Source: an uncultured Elusimicrobia bacterium
GTDB taxonomy: Bacteria > Elusimicrobiota > Elusimicrobia > Elusimicrobiales > UBA9959
Direction: 5' to 3'
Assembly (NCBI GenBank): GCA_903879915.1
Contig: CAIRNJ010000060.1
Location: 12,412-76,411 of the forward strand
DNA length: 64,000 bases
Shown: piece after piece, positions 26,646 to 36,073 of the stretch
Layout of the letters: every line of letters begins with the position of its first letter
Numbering within the stretch: position 1 is the stretch's first letter
The notes under the pieces: model-generated
Told to the model about the DNA's origin: nothing
What the model saw: only the letters and a program-made list of their open reading frames with translations
The model's database searches: none
Program-made: the position numbers and the translations under genes

Positions 26646-28097
26646 TCAGCAGGTCAGGGTAACGTTGTCCGTATAGGGGTTGAGCGGGCCGTCCTTATAA
26701 CATTCCCTTTTAAAGGGCAGGTAGTCCGGGTGATAGAACAGCTGCGTCATCTCGTCGATGAAGAACCGGCCTTTCTTCGTGGGCCTCAGGAAGTCGGCGT
26801 CCTCCTCCAGCAGGTCGTATTTCTTCAGCAGGGCTATCTTTCCGCTGAACACCGCGTTCGGCGATACGCCCATCCTGTCCTGGTATAACTTTTTCGACAG
26901 CAGGCACCTGTTCTTCAGCGGCATCATAAAATTGCGCCTGAGCTGCTGGTCGCGGCTGCGCACTATGCCTATCTTTACCGGCAGCCTCCCCGCGTCCACT
27001 TCGGAGCAATACTCTTTAAGGTCCCAGGTATTCTGCTTCTGCCTGTCGTGGAAAGCGCTCATGGCGTAATAGCCGAAGCCGATATTGTCGTACCTGGTCT
27101 CGCCGAGCCAGTCGTCGAGATAAACCGAGTAATCCTCGCTGGTCCTGGCGAAGAAGCGAGTAACGGTCTCAACGAAGCCGCTGCGCTCGAGCAGGCTGAT
27201 GGACACGGATTTCAGCATTACCTGCTCGTCGTTGGACATCAGCGGGTTGTCCCGCGCGTTGAGCATTTTGTTCACCGCTGCGGTGTTGATGCCGTAAGGA
27301 AGTATCTTTAACCGGAAGACCACGATCTCGTCGACGTCCAGCTTGACGGCCTGCTTCATCATCTCCACCCAGTGTTCCGGAGTTTCTCCGGGATAATCGC
27401 AGATCAGTTCCAGGTTCAGTTTGAACCCCATTTCCTTGGCCACGCCTATCGCTCTCAGGGTATCGGCGGCGGTATGATGGCGGCCCATTTTTTTAAGCAT
27501 GTCATCGGAAAGGGTCTGGGCGCCCAGCGCCAGGCGGCCCACGCCGGCGTCGCGCATGATTTTCAGGCGCTCCCTGCCTTCGTAGCCGAGCATCGTCAGC
27601 GGGTCGAGGTCCACGGAGAACTGTTTCATTTCCCCCATGTCGACGCGGGACGTGAAGAAAGAAAGGAACCGCTTCATCTGCGCCGGGGTCATAAGGGTTG
27701 GCGTGCCGCCGCCGACGCTGATGCAATGCGCCTTCATTCTGTTTACGCCGATCTTTTTCAGGTATAGCTCCATTTCCTTGTTCATGTGATCCAGGTAGAC
27801 GTCCTTCTCACCGTCGGACGCCCCCAGCACGTTCGGGAAATGGCAGAACGCGCACTGCTGTATGCAGAACGGGATGTGCCCGTAGACCATGAACTTATTA
27901 TCCCTGGGCGGCACGTAGCCTTTCAGGAATTCTTTTTCCGTCATCGGCGGATGCTGCGTCATGGGCAGATACATGAGAGTGGGCACGAACTCCCCCTCTT
28001 TGTTGATCAAGCCCAGGTCTATGAGCTCGTGAAACTCCCGCACCGTTCTATGCGCTTTCTCAAGTATCTCAGGTTCAAGTATAGCTGAGGTCAGCAT
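26646..28097 (-). CDS. HemN-like (class C-type) radical SAM protein, paralogue 2
   Basis: HIPFCIQQCAFCHFPN. Collinear with the ORF at 22746-24185 along its full length, roughly two-thirds identical by eye. Confidence 0.8.
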   Translation of the reverse strand: MLTSAILEPEILEKAHRTVREFHELIDLGLINKEGEFVPTLMYLPMTQHPPMTEKEFLKGYVPPRDNKFMVYGHIPFCIQQCAFCHFPNVLGASDGEKDVYLDHMNKEMELYLKKIGVNRMKAHCISVGGGTPTLMTPAQMKRFLSFFTSRVDMGEMKQFSVDLDPLTMLGYEGRERLKIMRDAGVGRLALGAQTLSDDMLKKMGRHHTAADTLRAIGVAKEMGFKLNLELICDYPGETPEHWVEMMKQAVKLDVDEIVVFRLKILPYGINTAAVNKMLNARDNPLMSNDEQVMLKSVSISLLERSGFVETVTRFFARTSEDYSVYLDDWLGETRYDNIGFGYYAMSAFHDRQKQNTWDLKEYCSEVDAGRLPVKIGIVRSRDQQLRRNFMMPLKNRCLLSKKLYQDRMGVSPNAVFSGKIALLKKYDLLEEDADFLRPTKKGRFFIDEMTQLFYHPDYLPFKRECYKDGPLNPYTDNVTLTC

Positions 28098-28135
28098 AGT
28101 ATTGTCCTTTTTTGAAGAAAATCCATTCTCGTGTT

Positions 28136-29434
28136 TTAAATGCCGCCTGCCGCTTTCCCGTCCGGCGTGGCTATTTTAAAGATCAGGATAAGGCGGCGGT
28201 CGCCCGCCGGGCTTTTATCGGAAACGAGCCTGAAATTCCTTTTCCGCAGCTCAGCTGCGACCTTTTTAACGGACACGTCGAAAGCGGGGTCGAGGCTGTC
28301 GAAAAGGACCAATGCGCCGTCTTTTTTGAGCGTCTTCCGGATGCCGGCGAAGAATTTTTCATAGAACGCCTCCCTGTCCGCCTCCTTCCAGCTGTCCAGT
28401 TCCTGGGCCATCCCCCTGTAAACGTTCATCAGCACCGCCGTATCCAGCGTGCCCGGCGGGATGCCCATCTCCGTCGGAGTCCCCAGGACCGGCTCAATGT
28501 TCTTAATGCCGCCCTTTGCCACGCAATACTTTATCAGCCCCACCGCGTTGGGGTCAATATCCTCGGCGTACACCTTACCTTTCGGCCCGGCCATCCGGGC
28601 AAGGGAAAACGTGTACTCTCCGATCCCGCAGCCTATATCAGCCAGCACCTGCCCTTCCCTAATGCCGAAAAGATCGAGGTAAGAATCCGGGCCGGCCTGG
28701 CCCGGTCCGCCGCGGCGCCTGTCTTTATGGAAAGCCGCGACCACGAACAGGATGGAATTCAGGGAGTTCTCTTTCACGCGCAGCAGCTCGTTGCCCATCA
28801 TTTTTCTTTCCTGGAGCCCGAGCATCTCGTCGCATTTCGGACAAAGGTAGCGGCTGTGGGCGCGCTTTCCGCCGCGGTATTGCTCTACCGAGACAGGGCC
28901 GCCGAAACAGGGGCATTTCGCCCCGGCCGGAAAGGATCCCGCGGCGTTGGCCGACTCGCGCAGCTGCCTGCAGATGTAGGCCGGCAGCAGGTACAGGGAA
29001 TCGGCAAGTTCCGCCCTGTGCTCATAAAAGATGTAGCGGTACATATCCTGCTGCTCCGCGGCATGAGCCGCCAGCGCCCGGGCCTCGCCCGCAGCGTCTC
29101 CGGCCTCGTGATAACAGAAAGCTAGAAAAAAATCGTTGAGCAGGTCGTCGGCGAGCTTTTCGCGGGCGGCAAGACATGTTTCCAGCGCCGCTGCGAGCGT
29201 ACGCTGTCCCGGTGCCTTCAGATAGGCGAGAACGGCCTGCGACGACGCTACTTTAACCGTTATCTCGGAATTGCGCGCGGCCCGCCCCTTTTTTTCTCCG
29301 GCCTGCCCCGCGCCCGCGCTGCCGGGCGCGGCGGGAACGGACTTAGCCGAAAGGTCCTGTGCCGCCAGGTATATCCCAGAAAAAGCGATAAAAGCCAACA
29401 CCCCCGTAAGGCATACTTTGGACAGCGGTTTCAT
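28136..29434 (-). CDS. Signal-anchored class I SAM-dependent methyltransferase with TPR-like region and Cys4 ribbon
   Basis: MKPLSKVCLTGVLAFIAFSGIYLAAQ (signal/anchor), CPCFGG...CPKC, and SAM motif I VLADIGCGIGEYT. Start moved to the ATG at 29432-29434. Confidence 0.7.
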   Translation of the reverse strand: MKPLSKVCLTGVLAFIAFSGIYLAAQDLSAKSVPAAPGSAGAGQAGEKKGRAARNSEITVKVASSQAVLAYLKAPGQRTLAAALETCLAAREKLADDLLNDFFLAFCYHEAGDAAGEARALAAHAAEQQDMYRYIFYEHRAELADSLYLLPAYICRQLRESANAAGSFPAGAKCPCFGGPVSVEQYRGGKRAHSRYLCPKCDEMLGLQERKMMGNELLRVKENSLNSILFVVAAFHKDRRRGGPGQAGPDSYLDLFGIREGQVLADIGCGIGEYTFSLARMAGPKGKVYAEDIDPNAVGLIKYCVAKGGIKNIEPVLGTPTEMGIPPGTLDTAVLMNVYRGMAQELDSWKEADREAFYEKFFAGIRKTLKKDGALVLFDSLDPAFDVSVKKVAAELRKRNFRLVSDKSPAGDRRLILIFKIATPDGKAAGGI

Positions 29435-29462
29435 AATTTTCCTTTCCTTGTACGCAGCATGT

Positions 29463-30866
29463 TCAGCGCGCACCCGGGGCGCTTAGTTCTTTATAGAGTT
29501 CTTTCTGCCAGGCGGCGTCGCGCCGCATCTCGGCGGCGAATTTACCGCCGTCGGGCAGGGGCGCTCCGGGCGGGGCCGCGGCGTCCTCAGCCAGCCTGGC
29601 CGACAGCTGTTCGTTCAGCGCGGCCGCGGTCTTTTTCTCGGCCGCGCTCAGGTCGCGCCGCTCGCCCGGGTCCTTTGAGAGGTCGTACAATTCCGTGCGC
29701 AGGGGCGTCCTGATAAGCTTCCAGCGGCCGGCGCGCAGCACCTTGTCCCCTACGGAGCTTTCGCTGAAGGCGCGCCCTGCGCCCGGGGCCTGCCCGGGGC
29801 CGCTCAGCAGCGGCACAAGACTTTCCCCCTGCGCCGCGGCGCACGGAGGGATCCCGGCCAGGTCCAGCAGGGTAGGCATAAGGTCTATCAGCCGCACCTG
29901 TTCCGCAACTTCCCTGCGCGCGGCGCCGGGAACTTTTATTACCAGCGGCACCCGCAGCGTATCGTCGTAAACATTGAAATCGTGGAAGAAATAGTCGTGA
30001 TCGAAAAGCCCCTCGCCATGGTCGGCCGTTATTACCACCACCGCGCCGTCCAGCAGCCCGCCGGCACGCAGCTTGGAGAGGAACTCGCCTATCTGCGCGT
30101 CGGCATAGTTTATCCCCTCGTCGTAGCGGGCCAGCAGATGGGCGGCGTCGTCCCCGGTCAGGGTTATGGCGCCGCCGCCGGAAGCCAGCGTCAGCTTTCT
30201 GCCGCGCAGCAGGAACAGCTGCGCTTCGCTGTCCGGCAGGTTCGCCAGCCCTTCGCTGACACGGAAGCCATTGTCGTAAAGCCCGGAAGCCGGGAACAGG
30301 TACGGCGTGTGCAGGTCGTTGCCGTGCGCTACCAGCAGGAATTTCTCGCCTTTCGCCTTGCGCTCCCCCGCCCAGGCCAGCGCGGGCGGCAGCGTATCCT
30401 TGAACGAGGCGTCCGTGCGCCCGACATAAAAGTATTTATCGAACCCGCGGTCCAGGCCGAACAGCGGGTTCAGGTTAAGCCCGCCGACAAAAGCCCCGGT
30501 ATTGTAGCCGTAGATGCGGAAGATCTCCGCCATGGTCAGCGCCGAATCGCCCAGCGCCCGGGTCTGGTCCGCAACTCCGTGCGCGGACACTTCCAGCGAG
30601 GTAAAAATGGAGGCGAAGCTGAGCAGCGTGGTGGGCGCCTGGGCGACGGCCTGGCGGAACACCACCGCGTCCGCGGCGAAAGCGTCTATATTGGGGCTGG
30701 TCTTCCGGCCGTAGCCGTAAAGGGAAAGGTGATCGGCGCGCAGGCAGTCCACTACTATGACGATAACGTTCGGCGCGGGAGCGGCCGGCCCGGCCGCGCG
30801 GCAGGGCAGCGCGGCCAGCAGCGCGGCCGCGGCCGACAGGAAGCAGCGCTTAACGGCCGCTTTCAT
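29463..30866 (-). CDS. Secreted sulfatase-fold (alkaline phosphatase superfamily) protein, Thr at nucleophile position
   Basis: Signal peptide; VIVVDCLRADHLSLYGY; AQAPTTLLSFASIFTS in place of C/S-x-P-x-R; ITADHGE; ELYDLSKDPGERRDL. Confidence 0.8.
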   Translation of the reverse strand: MKAAVKRCFLSAAAALLAALPCRAAGPAAPAPNVIVIVVDCLRADHLSLYGYGRKTSPNIDAFAADAVVFRQAVAQAPTTLLSFASIFTSLEVSAHGVADQTRALGDSALTMAEIFRIYGYNTGAFVGGLNLNPLFGLDRGFDKYFYVGRTDASFKDTLPPALAWAGERKAKGEKFLLVAHGNDLHTPYLFPASGLYDNGFRVSEGLANLPDSEAQLFLLRGRKLTLASGGGAITLTGDDAAHLLARYDEGINYADAQIGEFLSKLRAGGLLDGAVVVITADHGEGLFDHDYFFHDFNVYDDTLRVPLVIKVPGAARREVAEQVRLIDLMPTLLDLAGIPPCAAAQGESLVPLLSGPGQAPGAGRAFSESSVGDKVLRAGRWKLIRTPLRTELYDLSKDPGERRDLSAAEKKTAAALNEQLSARLAEDAAAPPGAPLPDGGKFAAEMRRDAAWQKELYKELSAPGAR

Positions 30867-32196
30867 CTGGCCTCCAGTAGCCGGCTTCTTTCAGTTTGCG
30901 CTGCATTTCCGGGGTCAGCGCGGCGCGCGGCACCGACGCCGCGTCAGCCGGCCTGGCCGACCGCAGCCATTGCACCAGGCGCTGCGCCATAGCGTAGACG
31001 AGATCGGGCCGCTCCGGCGCCAGGTCCCGGGCCTCGGCCGGGTCGCCGGTCAGGTCGAACAGCTTATAGCCGGCGGCGTCGCGCACCAGCTTCCAATCCC
31101 CGGAGCGGGCCATGCTTTTGCCGGGGCCAGCCTCGGAGAACGTATATTCGTTCACTCCTTTCAAAGCTCCGCCGCGCGGGCCGGCCAGGCTACGCCCCTG
31201 CGCCCCGGCCTGGGCCGGCAGCCTGAGGAGGTCCAGCACGGTAGGCAGCACGTCCACCAGCTGCGCCTGCGCCCGCACGCGCGCGCCGCCGGCCCTGCGC
31301 GGGTCCTTAACGATCAGCGGCACGCGCACGGTTCCCTCGTAAAGGCTGCCGCGGCCGAAGCGGTCGAAGCTGCCGTGCTCGCCCAGCTCTTCTCCGTGCT
31401 CGGCGGCGAATACCACTATGGTGCCGGTCGAAAGATGCAGCTCGTCGAGCTTCGCCAGCAGCGCGCCGATATAGCCGTCGGCGTACGCCACTCCGGCGTC
31501 GTAGCGCGCGCTGACATATTCCAGGTCCTCCGCGGAAAGTTTAAGCGTGCCGTCGTCGAAGCCGCGCAGCAGGTCGTAATCCAGGGCCCTGCCCCGGAGC
31601 TGCCCGGCGTAGGCCGGCCCGGCGCCGCCGGGCCAGGGTTTATCGAAGGGCGGGTGGATGTCGTAAGAATCCAGGAACAGGAAGAACTTTTCGCCCCGGC
31701 GGGCGGCCAGCCAGGCCAGCGCTTCGGGCATTATTTCGGCGAAAGACCCCATAGCCTTGCCGCCGGTATCATCCGAATAAAGCTCGAAGCCGCGGTCGAG
31801 GCCGTAGGCGGCCGACATATCCAGCCCGCCGGTGAAAGCCGCCGTGCGGTAGCCGGCGTTCTTCAGCGCCTGAGCTAAAGTGACGAGCCCGGGCGGGACC
31901 TTCCGGCCGCGCTCGTAGACGCCATGCGAGCGCACGTAGCGCGAGGTGAACAGCGAGACCAGGCTGGGCAGGGTCCAGTTGCTCTGCGCTACGGCAGTCT
32001 CGAAGACGGTCCCTTCCGCCGCGAGCCGGCTGATGCTGGGCGCGGTCTCTCTGCCGTACCCGTAAACTTTCAGGTGGTCCGCACGCAGCGCGTTAAGGCA
32101 GACCAGCACCACACTTAACTCCGGCCCCGCGGCAGAGGCGGAAGCCGCGGAACAAACCAGCAGAGCGGCACACAACAGCGGGGCGATGATCCTCAT
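30850..32196 (-). CDS. Secreted sulfatase-fold protein, Thr nucleophile (SNWTLPS)
   Basis: Signal peptide; VLVCLNALRADHL (Asn at the first metal-ligand position); AQSNWTLPSLVSLFTS; AAEHGE; KLFDLTGDPAEARDL. Confidence 0.8.
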   Translation of the reverse strand: MRIIAPLLCAALLVCSAASASAAGPELSVVLVCLNALRADHLKVYGYGRETAPSISRLAAEGTVFETAVAQSNWTLPSLVSLFTSRYVRSHGVYERGRKVPPGLVTLAQALKNAGYRTAAFTGGLDMSAAYGLDRGFELYSDDTGGKAMGSFAEIMPEALAWLAARRGEKFFLFLDSYDIHPPFDKPWPGGAGPAYAGQLRGRALDYDLLRGFDDGTLKLSAEDLEYVSARYDAGVAYADGYIGALLAKLDELHLSTGTIVVFAAEHGEELGEHGSFDRFGRGSLYEGTVRVPLIVKDPRRAGGARVRAQAQLVDVLPTVLDLLRLPAQAGAQGRSLAGPRGGALKGVNEYTFSEAGPGKSMARSGDWKLVRDAAGYKLFDLTGDPAEARDLAPERPDLVYAMAQRLVQWLRSARPADAASVPRAALTPEMQRKLKEAGYWRPDESGR

Positions 32197-33419
32197 GCGG
32201 CCCTTTTCCCCCCGCGGCGCAGCAGCCGGTTCACCCGCAGGCTCAGTTCGTCGCCGCAGTTGAATTTCCGCAGCTTCGCGTATTCCCTGCTCCGGTAATA
32301 CATCACCTGCAGGGCGAGCAGCCGCTTCTGATGCAGCTCGCGCAGCGGCCGCTCTTTGGATTTAAAATGCAGGTCGCTGAGCAGGCGGTAGCTTTCCTCG
32401 GGGTATTTGCCGCGGTATTCCTCGAAGGACCGCGTTCCCGGGTAAGGCGTCCAGAAATACAGCTCCATGGAAGCCGGCATATACTGCAGCAGCATATTGC
32501 CCACCGTGTTCATGTAGTAGCCTGAGGTTTTGTCCTTCGCGCCCTTAATGATCGCGTTCATGTGGATGTTTATGCCGTACTTGTGCGCCAGCGCGGCCAC
32601 CCGCAGCAGTTCGGGGTCGTCCCGGTGGTCCTGCTGCACGTTGAACCCGAAGGTAAGACAGAACCAGCCGGCGGCTTTCAGCATTTTCATCCGGCGCTCG
32701 TCGAAGCCGTCGAGCGGCCCGAGGAAAGAATAGATCTTCCTGCCTTCGGCGGCCAGCAGCTTCACTATCTTGTCGAACTCGGGATGCAGGAAAAAGCCTT
32801 CGTCGCGGATGAACAGGTATTCATAGTCGTACTTGCGCAGCAGCTTCAATTCCTCTTTTATGTAGGACGCCGGGTAAAAGACCTTCTTATTCCTGAACGT
32901 GGCGAAAATATAGCAGTTGTCCGAAAAATCGCAGGGGAAAGGGCAGCCCATGAACGTGCTGATGGACAGCGAGCGCCGGCCCGGAAAAATATCGGCGTAC
33001 CAGGCCTCTTTCAGCTCCTCCAGCGGGAACACGCTCCGGTCCATGTGATTATAGCGGAACTTGCCGCGGATGATCCCTTTTTTAGAGGACCTTATTATCT
33101 CGTCGATATTGTTGCCGTAGCCGACTATCACCTTGGCGGCCAGCCCGGCAAGGTCATCAGGGCAGAGGCTGGCATGGTAGCCGCCTGCTATTATTTTTTC
33201 CTTCCCGACTTTCTTCGCGAATCTGGCGAAGTCAGGCAGGCCGCAGGTGAAAACGGAACAAAGATAAAGGTCCCCGTCGGGTTTAACTTCGTTGTTGAAA
33301 ACGAATTCAGAATCCCAGAACCGCTGGTCGGGCACGGAATACAGTACGGACGGCTCCTTTACGCGGGGCTCGCCGGCCAGGCTCGGAAAATTATACAGGT
33401 AGCACTTCTTTTTTTTCAT
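32193..33419 (-). CDS. B12-binding radical-SAM-like protein with degenerate cluster motif (CX3CX5C)
   Basis: IIAGGYHASLCPDD (B12-domain-like GGxH), then MGCPFPCDFSDNCY where canonical relatives have GCPxxCxFC. Both ends overlap the neighbouring genes by 4 nt. Confidence 0.55.
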   Translation of the reverse strand: MKKKKCYLYNFPSLAGEPRVKEPSVLYSVPDQRFWDSEFVFNNEVKPDGDLYLCSVFTCGLPDFARFAKKVGKEKIIAGGYHASLCPDDLAGLAAKVIVGYGNNIDEIIRSSKKGIIRGKFRYNHMDRSVFPLEELKEAWYADIFPGRRSLSISTFMGCPFPCDFSDNCYIFATFRNKKVFYPASYIKEELKLLRKYDYEYLFIRDEGFFLHPEFDKIVKLLAAEGRKIYSFLGPLDGFDERRMKMLKAAGWFCLTFGFNVQQDHRDDPELLRVAALAHKYGINIHMNAIIKGAKDKTSGYYMNTVGNMLLQYMPASMELYFWTPYPGTRSFEEYRGKYPEESYRLLSDLHFKSKERPLRELHQKRLLALQVMYYRSREYAKLRKFNCGDELSLRVNRLLRRGGKRAA

Positions 33420-34483
33420 TTGCGCGCGCGTTCTTCAGCCGGTACGCGCAGGATGTCCCTGCAGTAAGAGCATTGCCAGCAATCGTGCCGGCAGGCCGTC
33501 CGCACGTCGAAGAAATCGGCGGGGTAAGGCCGGAGATAGCGGGCCGCCTGCCGCGGCGGGCAGCGGGGACGGGCGCCGTTGTCCTGAAAGAAACCGCCGG
33601 AGAAGATGGACCCGCCGAAAGAGGACAGCATGCCCCTGGCTATAGTTATATCCGCTTCATTGACGTACTCGGCCAGCACCCCGGCTATGAACTCGTTGCC
33701 CACCGGCTCGCCGTGCACGCCGCGGGTGGCTATCTTGAACTCGTCGGCCAGGCCGCAGTAGCGGGCCAGGAATTTAGGCGGGATGTACTGCCCGGTCAGG
33801 AAGCGCCAGTGCTGTCCGGGGACCAGTTTGCTGCAGTAGAACCTTCCCTGGTCGAAACTCGTGCCCAGGCCCATGGTCATAGAACAGGAATGGAACCCCT
33901 GGTCCGGGCATTCGAACACGCAGCCCTCGTTGACCATCAGCTTCAGCTTAAGCTTCGGGAAAGCCTTGCGCACCGCGGCTATATATTTCAGGTCGTAGGT
34001 CTTGCGCCTGCCTATGTTATAGGAGGTTATGATCCCCTTCGGGTCCCGCTCCAGCAGCTGGTACAGCTGGTTCAGGGAGTTGATATCGTTGATGATGGAG
34101 ATGTTCAGTTTGTATTTCCCGAGCCGGATGAATTCGTCCGTGATGAAAGTCCCGTTGGCGGTGATCACGTCGGGCTTCAGGTAATCCGCTATCTTCACCA
34201 GCCTGGGCAGGATGCCGGGGTCGGAGATGCCGTCGAAATTATAGACCAGGTTGAACTCTATTTTTTCCGCCTTAAGCTGCCTGCGGAAGGCCAGCAGCCG
34301 CGCCGGGGTTATATCCGGCACGAACCGGGCGCTGGACACGCCCAGCGAGATCCCCGGCGTGGAATAGACGGAGGAGATATACTTCTTGAAAGGCAGGATA
34401 ACGTCCCGGAAGAAATCCTTGTCCCCATTGTAGCCCACGCTCAGCTTTCTGTAATATTTTTTATTGTCTTTGACAGGGTCCAT
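33416..34483 (-). CDS. U32-family-like Fe-S protein (tentative)
   Basis: MVNEGCVFECPDQGFHSCSM resembles the U32 Cys signature, and the C-terminus has an extra motif CRHDCWQCSYC. Start moved to the ATG at 34481-34483 (MDPVKDNKKYY...). Confidence 0.4.
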   Translation of the reverse strand: MDPVKDNKKYYRKLSVGYNGDKDFFRDVILPFKKYISSVYSTPGISLGVSSARFVPDITPARLLAFRRQLKAEKIEFNLVYNFDGISDPGILPRLVKIADYLKPDVITANGTFITDEFIRLGKYKLNISIINDINSLNQLYQLLERDPKGIITSYNIGRRKTYDLKYIAAVRKAFPKLKLKLMVNEGCVFECPDQGFHSCSMTMGLGTSFDQGRFYCSKLVPGQHWRFLTGQYIPPKFLARYCGLADEFKIATRGVHGEPVGNEFIAGVLAEYVNEADITIARGMLSSFGGSIFSGGFFQDNGARPRCPPRQAARYLRPYPADFFDVRTACRHDCWQCSYCRDILRVPAEERARK

Positions 34484-34491
34484 AGTTAGAC

Positions 34492-35937
34492 CTAACGCTT
34501 CCCGGTTTTTTCCCGGCCCTGCTCCGCCCAGTAGTCGGAGCGCGGCCGTATCACCCACCAGTACCCCAGTTCCTTCATGCGCTCGGCCACGGCGGCCAGC
34601 GGGCGGCCGCGGGCCTCTGTTCTCCGGCGCGGCATAGCCTTTACCACGCGGTCCAGCTCGGCCTTCATGGCCTTGAGCCCGGCGGGGTTTTCTGACGCGG
34701 CATTGAGTTGTTCCGCCGGATCGCCGGCCAGATCGTATAATTCGTAGCTGCCGTCCTCGAGGAACAGCTTCCAGGGATATTTGCGTATGCCCACGTACGG
34801 GGCGCCGGTCCTGAGCGAAAGGGTCTGGGCATACACGGTCCTGTCCGGCGGAGTTTTTCCGCCCATCGCCGGCTTAAGGCTGACGCCCTGCGCCGGGGCG
34901 GTAGACGAGAAAGCTAGCAGATCAAGCACGGTGGGCATTACGTCCACCAGCTGCACCGCCGCCTTTACCCGGGACGGAGCGGACCCCGGCGCGCGCACCA
35001 GCAGCGGGACATGTATGCCTTCGTCGTACAGGCCGCCGTGGAACGAGCTGATGATGGTCCCATGGTCCATCAGCGCCTCCCCCGCGCTGGACAGCAGCAC
35101 AACGATCGTCCTCTCCTTGAGCCCCTGCTCCTCCAGCGCGCCCAGCAGCTCGCCGATCTTGCTGTCGGCATAGAGCACCGCGCCGTCGTATTGCGAAACG
35201 ATATATTCGACGTCGCTTCGCTCCAGCGCCGCCACCCTCTTCTTCAAATGGAAATCCTCGTATAGCCCGTCCTGCCAGATCCGGTCGGACAGGTTGTAAT
35301 CCAGCGGCACTTCCGCCAGCTGTCCGGCGTAGCCGGCCTTGAACTTCTCCAGGAATTTCTTCGGCGCGCGGTAAGGCGCGTGCGCGTCGTAACCGTGCAC
35401 CAGCAGGAAGAACGGCTTGTCCTTGTTCTTGCGCAGCCATTTTCGCGCCCCGGGGACCACGTCGGCCAGCGTGCCGAAATCCTTGGAATCGTCATATTCA
35501 TCGAAACCGCTGTCCAGGCCGAACCCGCGGTTAAGGAAAAAGCCGGAAGTAAAAGCTGCCGTGCGGTAGCCGCGGCGCTTAAGTTCCCCCGCCAGCGTGG
35601 GGAGGGCGGGGTCCAGGCGCTGGTCCACGTTGGTCACGCCGTGGCTGGGCGGATAAAGCCCCGTAAAGACGGAGGCGGCGCTGACCAGGGACTGGCTCGA
35701 CTGGGAGTAGGCGTTCTCGAAAACCGTAGCCTCCGCGGCCAGCTTGTCTATATTGGGGCTGGTCGCCCTGCCGTAGCCGTAACAGCCCAGGTGGTCGGGC
35801 CGCAGCGTCTCCATCAGCACCATTACAACATTATAACCGCCCGGGGCCTGGGCCGCGTCCGCCGCGGAGCATAAGCTCCGGACAGACAGCAGAAGAAGCA
35901 GCGAGACGAGCGATCTTATCATGAATCTTACAGGCAT
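34492..35937 (-). CDS. Secreted sulfatase-fold protein, Ser at nucleophile position
   Basis: Signal peptide; VMVLMETLRPDHL (Glu at the first metal-ligand position); SQSSQSLVSAASVFTG; ELYDLAGDPAEQLN. Confidence 0.8.
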   Translation of the reverse strand: MPVRFMIRSLVSLLLLLSVRSLCSAADAAQAPGGYNVVMVLMETLRPDHLGCYGYGRATSPNIDKLAAEATVFENAYSQSSQSLVSAASVFTGLYPPSHGVTNVDQRLDPALPTLAGELKRRGYRTAAFTSGFFLNRGFGLDSGFDEYDDSKDFGTLADVVPGARKWLRKNKDKPFFLLVHGYDAHAPYRAPKKFLEKFKAGYAGQLAEVPLDYNLSDRIWQDGLYEDFHLKKRVAALERSDVEYIVSQYDGAVLYADSKIGELLGALEEQGLKERTIVVLLSSAGEALMDHGTIISSFHGGLYDEGIHVPLLVRAPGSAPSRVKAAVQLVDVMPTVLDLLAFSSTAPAQGVSLKPAMGGKTPPDRTVYAQTLSLRTGAPYVGIRKYPWKLFLEDGSYELYDLAGDPAEQLNAASENPAGLKAMKAELDRVVKAMPRRRTEARGRPLAAVAERMKELGYWWVIRPRSDYWAEQGREKTGKR

Positions 35938-36073
35938 TCCGTTAAAACGGCCGCGTTTGAAACACCAGCCCTATTATATTACAATCATTATAATACTTTT
36001 CTGACGAACCAGGTATCCGCGCAAAGACGCGGCGAACCCGCCCGCCGGAAGGCTTTTTTATGCTCGCCTAACT

